IMG/VR virus record: IMGVR_UViG_3300037461_001781
Location: 1-46,411 of that record
Source of the DNA: a virus
Lineage: Duplodnaviria > Caudoviricetes
Direction: 5' to 3' (one strand)
Length of the DNA: 46,411 nt
Shown here: positions 37,578 through 46,000 of the stretch, piece after piece
How positions within the stretch are numbered: position 1 is the stretch's first letter
How the letters are laid out: every line of letters starts with the position of its first letter
The notes under the pieces: generated by a model
The model's database searches: none
The model's input: only the letters and a program-made list of their open reading frames with translations
Told to the model about the DNA's origin: nothing
Translations under genes and position numbers: made by a program

Positions 37578-39328
37578 AAAGAATTACCATCACCTTTAGA
37601 AATTGGCTCTATATCTTCAGAAAGTGGAGTTTTTACAGAATCTGAATTTCCAGGGGGCTTAGAAACAGGTGTTGTACCTGGCTCTGACTTAGTTTTTTGG
37701 GAAGGAGGCTTAGCTCCAGAACCAGGAGCCCCTGGAACTTGTTGAATTGTACGGGCTTCATCTTGCTCAAAAACCCTCTTTCCAACTTCACCCAAAGATT
37801 TTTCTAAAATAGTATCCTTTTCTACAAACTCATACGCTGACTTATTTAACTCATCTCTCCAATCCAAACCTACTGCAGACCCGATAGATTCCTTAGAAAC
37901 TTTAAACCCAAAGTTTCTTAATTGCATATATGCATTTATCAACTCAGTATCAACAGTATAATCTAATTTATTCTTCCATTTAATCTTTGGTGACAAATAA
38001 ACCGAATCTGCTTCATCTGAATTCTTTCTAATCCTAACCCTATGACTTAACTCAGCTTCTGTGCTTTTTTTCCAATCATTAATCTGAATAATTGGATCAA
38101 AAAACTTAGGTTGTATCCAGTAACTTTCAAAAAACTGCCTCAAAGACAATAGTCTTCTTAAAAAAACCTGCAAACCAGACTTCGCACTAGCAAAACTTAT
38201 TTCTCCTGATAAAAAAGACTTAGAAAGCCCTAACCCTGCCAATTTAACTTTCTCTATAGTATCATGCTCCCGCGATAAAGTTACGGCTCTGTCATTCGTC
38301 CCCCAAGCTTCAAAGTTAATAGCATAATTATACACTAAATATGCATTTGGGTCCATTTCAGCTTGAGATAACATATATAACAGTCTTTGCTCAGAGTCTC
38401 TAGACGGGATAAAACCTGTATTTGGGTCTCCAAGCTTAACCACTTTTAATGGAGCTGCATTTCTTCTAAATGTTGCTATTGTACTATTGTAAACAGCATC
38501 TTCCACCATCCAAATTCGCCACAACCTACTACCTAAAGAAGTACCGCGCAAATCATAAGGATGTAATTTTCTTGGAATAAATGAACAATTCACGGGACTA
38601 ATTCTAATTTTTTGATTAGACAAAACTTTAGAAATAAACGAAGAAGGTAACCTTTTTCTAATCTCAAAAGACTCAGGTGTATTAGAATTTAGTAAATCTT
38701 TCAATTCTTGATCTGGAATATAATTTATAATTGGGTCCATATCTACAACAGGAGAATCTATAACTTCAATATTATCCGGATTATGAAACCCTATGTACGA
38801 CCAAATTCCAAGAGATTCATCAAAAAAATTGTGCGGAAAAGCCTCTCCTAAAACCAAAAACTCCCTTACAAGTGTTTGAACTCTATCCAAAAATAAAGTT
38901 CTCTCACACATATCCATAAGTTTATTTTTTATGGTTTCATCAACGCCATTCTCCAAGGATATGTCAAACTCTCCAAACATCATAGTACTATACATATCCA
39001 TAGCAGTACCAAACACAGGATCAGCTTTATAAAAAAGTCTCCAATAAGAATTAGCCTCTTTTAAACTTTTAGGGAAAAATTGCCGATCAGGTGAATCAAA
39101 TTCTGGCATATAAGGTCTTTGCGTATGAAAGACATTATTCCCACCGCCAAAAAAAGAAGTACTAGCCCAAGGTGTAGCTGTAAAATTCGCAGATTTACTA
39201 TACAAAGAAGCACCATCAGGTAAAACACCTCTAACTAATTCCTCCTGGTCATAGCTAGAAGCATTTACTAATTTTGGTTTATAATTTTTTAATTTATTCT
39301 TTTTTTTAAATCCTGAAAAATTTTCCAT
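37574..39328 (-). CDS. Portal protein (584 aa)
   Basis: YWRLFYKADPVFGTAMDMYS, REFLVLGEAF, NPDNIEV, PYDLRGTS, PLKVVKLG, GEISFASA motifs; upstream of protease/capsid. Confidence 0.85.
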   Translation of the reverse strand: MENFSGFKKKNKLKNYKPKLVNASSYDQEELVRGVLPDGASLYSKSANFTATPWASTSFFGGGNNVFHTQRPYMPEFDSPDRQFFPKSLKEANSYWRLFYKADPVFGTAMDMYSTMMFGEFDISLENGVDETIKNKLMDMCERTLFLDRVQTLVREFLVLGEAFPHNFFDESLGIWSYIGFHNPDNIEVIDSPVVDMDPIINYIPDQELKDLLNSNTPESFEIRKRLPSSFISKVLSNQKIRISPVNCSFIPRKLHPYDLRGTSLGSRLWRIWMVEDAVYNSTIATFRRNAAPLKVVKLGDPNTGFIPSRDSEQRLLYMLSQAEMDPNAYLVYNYAINFEAWGTNDRAVTLSREHDTIEKVKLAGLGLSKSFLSGEISFASAKSGLQVFLRRLLSLRQFFESYWIQPKFFDPIIQINDWKKSTEAELSHRVRIRKNSDEADSVYLSPKIKWKNKLDYTVDTELINAYMQLRNFGFKVSKESIGSAVGLDWRDELNKSAYEFVEKDTILEKSLGEVGKRVFEQDEARTIQQVPGAPGSGAKPPSQKTKSEPGTTPVSKPPGNSDSVKTPLSEDIEPISKGDGNSL

Positions 39329-39792
39329 TAATTTTCTTCATCTTCTACAAACTTGTAAAGAATGTCAAAAACCTCTACTGGAATTTTAGAGGTTTCCTCT
39401 AAATCGGACACTGAAAACTTATAAACTTTCACATCCGCCTCTTCAAGCAATAAACTATTAAAATCAGAAACCTTTTTATTAAATTTTTCAATATTTTCTT
39501 TATATTTTTGTTCCAGACTGTCCAGTTCCAATTTCAGCATTGATTCATCGCTTGTACCATCATCCTTAACACAAGATTTTTTCAACGCTTCTCTTTTTCC
39601 AACATACTCTTTAATAACAACGTCTTCTTTTAGATCTTTTTCCATTTCTACAATAGACTCGTACAAATCATTAAAAGACCTCTTATTTCTTTGAAGTGCC
39701 AAATTAGCCCTAACACTCAAAGATACGCTGTTTAGAACTTTTGCATTTATAATATTAACAAAACTTATTATATCTGCATTAATGATCTTCAT
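39328..39792 (-). CDS. Helical DUF1617-like protein, possible fibre assembly chaperone (154 aa from ATG 39792)
   Basis: GGAGGT SD before MKIINAD (track start lies inside the promoter); pattern resembles small helical proteins that follow phage fibre genes. Confidence 0.5.
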   Translation of the reverse strand: MKIINADIISFVNIINAKVLNSVSLSVRANLALQRNKRSFNDLYESIVEMEKDLKEDVVIKEYVGKREALKKSCVKDDGTSDESMLKLELDSLEQKYKENIEKFNKKVSDFNSLLLEEADVKVYKFSVSDLEETSKIPVEVFDILYKFVEDEEN

Positions 39793-39834
39793 AAAAACCT
39801 CCATATTTTTTAATAAAAAATTTCTACTGAATAA

Positions 39835-39862
39835 ATTATACCACAATCGCGGTATTTGTCAA
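39835..39862 (-). promoter_or_regulatory. Near-consensus sigma70 promoter upstream of the 154-aa and portal genes
   Basis: TTGACA (39862-39857), 16-nt spacer, TGg-TATAAT (39840-39835). Confidence 0.75.
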
Positions 39863-39908
39863 CAAATATTTTAAAAATTTACCATTAAAAACTTAACAAA
39901 TACTACAT

Positions 39909-40454
39909 TTAGCCTTCCAAATATCGTGAAAGATAATAACGACACCTTGCTAACTGCCCAGGACTGTTATTTTCATTTTTTAGTGGAGAATTACTTTCAA
40001 GTCTAATTGTCATATAATTAGCCTTTGTATCGCCTTGATATGTTCCAGTAGACGACCATAAAACAACTTTTTGAGCAAAATTAATAATATAAATATGTAC
40101 GTCATGCGTAACATTGTTACCTACAGCACAACTATGATCTACCTTTTCTATCCGATCCGCCCTACAAATAAAAGACCGCCTACCATTATATGTAATGACT
40201 CTTAATGGATCTTCTGAATCAAGGTCAGACCACAACTCTATAATTAAATTGGTATTCATTACAACATCAGAACTCATAAACACTCTAACATCAATTATCT
40301 CAAAAAGCTCTCCGCTATAAGGTTGAACTTTCCAAATACTTGTCTTATTTTCATTCTCGTCTATAGGCCAATCTGTATCATCACAAAAGTCATGCGATGT
40401 TATAGTATCAAAACATTTAAAAGTAAGACCACTTGCATTAAAAGTCATAGACAC
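39909..40454 (-). CDS. Hypothetical beta-rich protein (181 aa; start may be ATG 40448)
   Basis: Full ORF in the operon; GAGAGGTG SD-like sequence. Confidence 0.6.
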   Translation of the reverse strand: MSMTFNASGLTFKCFDTITSHDFCDDTDWPIDENENKTSIWKVQPYSGELFEIIDVRVFMSSDVVMNTNLIIELWSDLDSEDPLRVITYNGRRSFICRADRIEKVDHSCAVGNNVTHDVHIYIINFAQKVVLWSSTGTYQGDTKANYMTIRLESNSPLKNENNSPGQLARCRYYLSRYLEG

Positions 40455-40459
40455 CTCTC

Positions 40460-40903
40460 TTATTTTTCAACTTCCCAGTCAAACGCTACAATCGACATAC
40501 CTCTTTTATGCTCATTTGCCGAACATGACACACTAAATTCAAACCCACTCTTACTAATTTTTGTTATAGTAAATTCTCCAGCACAATCCATAATCAGATT
40601 TAAAATTTTTATGTTATTTGGCAAAAATGACAGCTTTGAAACAAATTGAACACTACCAGAATGTCTTACCCATCTATCACCTTTCGGCAACATCTCAAAA
40701 ACATGACTGCCTGCCAAAATTTCATTTGTCACAGGATGTCCTACTATCATAAATTTTAAATTCGATACGTCCGTTGCTTGATTGTAACACATAGGGCAGT
40801 ATAATACCTCTGAGTTATCTTCTTCTACTATGTCACTCCAATCTGAACACTCAGAACACCAAACTCTATAGTGTCTTTTTAGTACCGGCACTGTTTCCTC
40901 CAA
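40460..40903 (-). CDS. Hypothetical protein with N-terminal zinc ribbon (147 aa)
   Basis: CSEC...CPMC motif; beta-rich C-terminal half. Confidence 0.6.
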   Translation of the reverse strand: MEETVPVLKRHYRVWCSECSDWSDIVEEDNSEVLYCPMCYNQATDVSNLKFMIVGHPVTNEILAGSHVFEMLPKGDRWVRHSGSVQFVSKLSFLPNNIKILNLIMDCAGEFTITKISKSGFEFSVSCSANEHKRGMSIVAFDWEVEK

Positions 40904-40906
40904 AAA

Positions 40907-41716
40907 TTAATAAAGTCTTACACTATAAATATAAACATAATCCAAAAAAACATCCCTAACAGAAATTCCAGCAGTTCTAGCAACTTGAGCGCGATAATAC
41001 ATAATAGTAGACGGTATATTTGTAGCATGCGTAGCTACTACATTATTATCAATTTTAAATACTACACTAGATGATGACATATCTAACAAAAAATGATGAA
41101 AAGAAGTATCTAATGATACAGATGTTTGATTCTCAGTATGATTACCATCAGAAGATGTTACTGTGTGCCAATACCCTGTAGACGTATCAGCTCTAAACTC
41201 AACCTTATTGGAATAATTATCATAAAAACCAATATATGCCACTAAATCTGAAACATGACCTAATTTAAATCCAGATTTCATAATTAAATTATCAGAAATA
41301 GTAAATGACTTAATAGCATTAGATAATGTACAATAATCTCCCTCATTTTCACCACTTCTTATCCTAATAATACCAAAATTATCTTCAATAGCGGTTAATG
41401 AGGAATTACCAACTTTTATATTTGTCCATATATACCAATTTAAATCTACCCCTATAAAATCATCAAAAATAATAGCAGAAGTATCTAAATCTATAGATTT
41501 TATAACACTGCCAGATACTACTTCCTCCCACAAAGTACCCGACCATAATTTTAATTTATTTTCAGTAGTATTAAAATAAAGCATCCCTACTTCGGGATTA
41601 CCTTGACCATCTTTGGTAGTATCAAACTTATTTCCTCTAATAAATGTAAGAGCCGACGAAGCGTCAACGTGCTCCCCCATATAATGGTTATATCTATAAG
41701 GTAATTTAAAGGACAT
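40907..41716 (-). CDS. Fibre/spike paralog A: shared N-terminal anchor + ConA/LamG-like lectin domain (269 aa)
   Basis: GMLYFNTTENKLKLWSG..W fibre motif; FDDFIG...FHHFLLDM...VVFKIDNNVVATH lectin-like pattern. Confidence 0.65.
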   Translation of the reverse strand: MSFKLPYRYNHYMGEHVDASSALTFIRGNKFDTTKDGQGNPEVGMLYFNTTENKLKLWSGTLWEEVVSGSVIKSIDLDTSAIIFDDFIGVDLNWYIWTNIKVGNSSLTAIEDNFGIIRIRSGENEGDYCTLSNAIKSFTISDNLIMKSGFKLGHVSDLVAYIGFYDNYSNKVEFRADTSTGYWHTVTSSDGNHTENQTSVSLDTSFHHFLLDMSSSSVVFKIDNNVVATHATNIPSTIMYYRAQVARTAGISVRDVFLDYVYIYSVRLY

Positions 41717-41958
41717 ACAAACTCCAGATCATGGTTAATTGCCTTATATCTAAAAAAATAAAGGATTTTAACATTTACTCACAAACTTTATAAAATCTAT
41801 ATTTATATTTTTAATCATCTTTTAATAATCTCATATTTTTAATAAAAAGTCAACTAAAAACTCACCAATAATATTAAAATACTACGATTTCTTTTTCGTA
41901 AATAATCGCCTTATACAAATAAAATACCTTAAAATATAAATAAACACACAAATATTCA

Positions 41959-43005
41959 CTAAAAAAGCTCTTTAATATCTAAAAGTACTCTGTTATTTGA
42001 AAGCAAAAACCCAACTCTATATCGATCATCTGAAGTATAAACTACACCATTTGAAGTATAAATCCCTAAAATATTACTGTCAAACTGACCAACTAAACCT
42101 ACCAAAACCTTATTTGAGTAGTTTACATCAAAACCTTCACCAGAAACTACTCCAGGATTTTTAGACTGAATACCTATTAATTGATCTCCAGTATGGTAAT
42201 CCCTCACCTTACTGGTAGAAAGATTTAAACCTATTAAAGCTCCATCTGTAATTTCTTCTTCATCACCTACTATAAAATATTCAGCGTAATCCCAACCATT
42301 AGAATAGAAAGTACCGTCGGCATAACAATCCCCATTTCCTTTTATTAACAACTTACAAGAACCATTGTTTTGCACAGCAAAAATATTTTCAGTATCCGAT
42401 AATGCAACAGCGCTTGTTCCTGATTTTTTATAACCAACTATTGTAAGATTACCATAAGCAGAAGAATCAGTTAAAGAAGAAGGAGTAGATGTATAATATC
42501 TACATTCAGATGCAACAGTACCCTCTGTAAATAAATATTCTTGAATTCCTCCAAGAGCATTTCTTTGTGTTATTTTATAATATGTATCAGTCTCAGCGAT
42601 AGAAGTCATACCATGATCAACATCACCACCTTTAAAAGACATAGCGCTCCCATATGAGGTTAAGTATAAGCACAAGCCTCCAGAGTCAACGTCAGGAGAA
42701 GTTTCTCCACCAGTAGAAAAAGTTCCACTACTATAATACAAAGACGCCCCACCAAACGAGCCACCGTTATTATATTGAATCTGACCGTCTGACCCCGCAA
42801 GTATGCTTATAGATTTCCAAGAAGCGCCAGACCAAAACTTAATTAAATTCAACGTAGTATCATAATAAAGCATTCCAACTTCCGGGTTACCTTGACCATC
42901 TTTAGTTGTATCAAACTTACTACCCCTAATAAATGTCAAAGCGGACGAATCGTCAGCATGCTCGCCCATATAATGATTGTATCTATAAGGTAATTTAAAT
43001 GACAT
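41959..43005 (-). CDS. Fibre/spike paralog B: shared N-terminal anchor + C-terminal peptidase-G2-like intramolecular chaperone (348 aa)
   Basis: GSDGQIQYNNGGSFGG fibre motif; DYAEYF...IGIQSKNPG...VGLVGQ autocleavage domain pattern. Confidence 0.65.
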   Translation of the reverse strand: MSFKLPYRYNHYMGEHADDSSALTFIRGSKFDTTKDGQGNPEVGMLYYDTTLNLIKFWSGASWKSISILAGSDGQIQYNNGGSFGGASLYYSSGTFSTGGETSPDVDSGGLCLYLTSYGSAMSFKGGDVDHGMTSIAETDTYYKITQRNALGGIQEYLFTEGTVASECRYYTSTPSSLTDSSAYGNLTIVGYKKSGTSAVALSDTENIFAVQNNGSCKLLIKGNGDCYADGTFYSNGWDYAEYFIVGDEEEITDGALIGLNLSTSKVRDYHTGDQLIGIQSKNPGVVSGEGFDVNYSNKVLVGLVGQFDSNILGIYTSNGVVYTSDDRYRVGFLLSNNRVLLDIKELF

Positions 43006-43016
43006 AGATACTCCAA

Positions 43017-43058
43017 GAAAGAAAAAGATCCCCCACCACCAAGGGTGGCAGGGGATCT
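43017..43058 (-). terminator. Intrinsic terminator after the large fibre gene
   Basis: AGATCCCCTGCCACC-CTT-GGTGGTGGGGGATCT stem (two G-U pairs) followed by TTTTCTTTC. Confidence 0.85.
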
Positions 43059-43070
43059 AAACCTAACTAA

Positions 43071-46000
43071 TTACAGAACAACCCAACCAGTATTAGCGCC
43101 AGTTACATTAACATAAGGAATATCATTAGTAGTATCAACATAAAGATCACCAACTGCACCAGAAACAACACCATTAGGATTGCCATCGCCAGAACTTCTC
43201 TTTGAGGGATTCTTTGTATTCAAATCTTCTAAACAACCTTCAACCGTAGTAGAAGCGCCAAGATTTGTTTTAGAATCTGTACCAATAAGCGAAGCACCTT
43301 CCGAACCGCCAGTAGTACTTCCTAGTTCAGTCTCAGTGTAATAAATATTATTGTGAATATGTCGAGAACTTCCTACTTCACTACCATCAACGACAGAATC
43401 CAAATTAGCAGCAGTAACACTAGCTCCTACAGCAGTACCGTTGATCTTAAAGAGAGATGGAACTCCAACAACTTTCAAACCATTTAGATCAACATCAAGA
43501 GTATCAGGTGTATCATTAATCTTAATCTGAATGCCGCTTCCAGACCCAATTTCAAGACCGCCAGTACTTTCAAGTTTTGCAGCCACGGCATCGGCGCTAA
43601 CTGTAATACCTGAACCTTCACCAACATTTAGTGTATTGCCATCTTTTGTAAGACCATTACCAGCATTAATCTGACCAGCACCTGTAAACTGAACCCAAGC
43701 ACTACCGTTATATGTATAACCAGAATTTTCATAAATACTACTATCACCATTTATAAGAAGAGCATCATTTTCAGCAACTTGTTCAAATGACCAAGAATCG
43801 CCAGACGCACTATAAGTGGCAATATCATTTTCATAACCAGCAAAAGAACCAGCAGCACTTGCACCGATAACAACAGCTCTCGTACCATCTGGTGGCTCTC
43901 CGCCTGAATTAGCAACAATAACAACCCACGCAGTCCCGCTCCATTCTATTATATCACCATCATTATAAATTCCGCCCCAGTTATTAACGACCCAAGCTTC
44001 ACCAGCGGAACCCGCAGTAGGAGGGGTTTCACTCTGATCTGCATCAGACTTAATTTTAAGTACTACAGCAGGATTTTTCCAGCTAAGCCCGCTAATAGCA
44101 GAGTCTAACTGACCTTTGTTAACCGCGTCATTTGCATCAGAACCATCAGCCAAATTGGTAATCTTAAAGCTACCCATACTTTGATTGCCGCTAAAAGCTC
44201 TAGTTCCAGCAACCAGAATGTATTGGGTGTGATCGTCGTCGCCAAGACCAGTAAGAGCAAGACCATGATCTAGTGTACCACCACCAGCGTTATCTTGGTG
44301 ATCATGTGTGGCATTAGTAAAATCTGCAATTGTTGGAGTTGTAAGAGTTTTGTTAGAAAGAGTCTGCTCGTCAGAGGTTCCAACTACACTACCTGTTACA
44401 CCATGAACGCTAGAAGAAGCCGAGGTATGATCATTAAATTCATCATAGCGAACTGCGTCGCCAGAAGCAGTAGCAGCCGCCAAATTGGTAAGCTTAAAGC
44501 CACCAACGCTTTGATTGCCAGAGAAAGCTCTTGTTCCAGCAACCAGAATGTATTGAGTGTGGTCGTCATCACTAAGACCGCTCAAATTACCATGATCTGA
44601 ATAGGTAGAAACATCAGAAGCTACTTCATCGATAGCATCTTGATAATTAATGGCGGACAGTCCACTAGAAGTATTGTCATATTCTGCTGGAGTTTTTGGT
44701 TGCTTAGTTGTTGCATTTAAATACTGAATATAACTACCACTAGAAAGGTTAGTTATCTTAACTTCATTATTAATATCAGCAAAAGACGCCGTATCAGCAA
44801 CTTCATCAGAAACTTGAACTTCTACAGTATTCCCGGTACCAATAAAATTAAAATTATCAAAAACTCTATACCTATTACCGCCAAGATTTAAAGCGGTTGT
44901 ATTATCCTTAAACCTAATATAATTAGTTCCGACCCCTAATCCAAAAATAAATTCACTACATTTTGTCCCCAACGCAAGAACGTTAGAATCAAACATACAG
45001 TTATTACCAATAGCAAATGTAGCAAAATCATTAGAATCAAGAGCAACACTCTGATTAGAAATTCTTGTAGTATCTAAACGAACATTAGAGTTTCTAGAAG
45101 CTCTAAAACCAGCACTTGTATCGTTACCGCCAATTACTGAACCAGAAAAATTAACAATTTTACTGTCAATAGCATACGAAAATCCAGAAGAAGAAGATAA
45201 ATAACTATAACATCTATAAAAATATACGTAATTAGATGATATATTTACTTGAAAATCTAAAGAACTGCAATTTTGAAAAGTAACATACGAATCTGTGCTA
45301 AAAACATTTAATGATTTATTAATTGCTTGAGCGCCAGTAAAATCCAAATTCTTTATAGTAACCGAAGGAAGATTTATATTATCTAGCCTAAAGATACTAA
45401 TATTTATCAAAGTATTAGGATCAGCAACAGTAGCAGATTTCAATAATGGAACGCTAACAATCTTAAAAACAGTAGACGTACTAATATCTGGAATACCTAT
45501 CGTTTGAAGCGTTGTAGCCGAGTTACTTAAAATAGGATAAAGTGCCGTAGAACTAGGACTAGCGGTAAACTGAATAAACTTGCCTTTATACTCATCTACT
45601 GTCCAGCTCGCACCACTTACAGTAACATAACTATGATAAGTATCATTAGTTACAGTATTATCATAACCAGTTACTGTCTGGCTTGTAATTACATCAGAAG
45701 TCGCACCGTTAAGAGTAATACTACCAGATCCATAAAAACCATCAAGAGTTGTATGCCTACTTGACGTTTTAGCAAGCACTGTGCCGCTAACTTCTACCGT
45801 TACCGCTGCATTGATTTCTCTTGGAAGTGCATCAGCGTCACCAGAATACAAGAAAGCAAGCGTTTTCTTAGCTGTTCCAGGTGTCAAACCGTCATCAGCA
45901 TCATCACCAGAATCGCCATCAACATAATATGTAACAGCAGATGTAATCGAGCCTCCAAGTTGCACTTCATGATTTGTACCAGCGCCATCCTGGAAATAAA

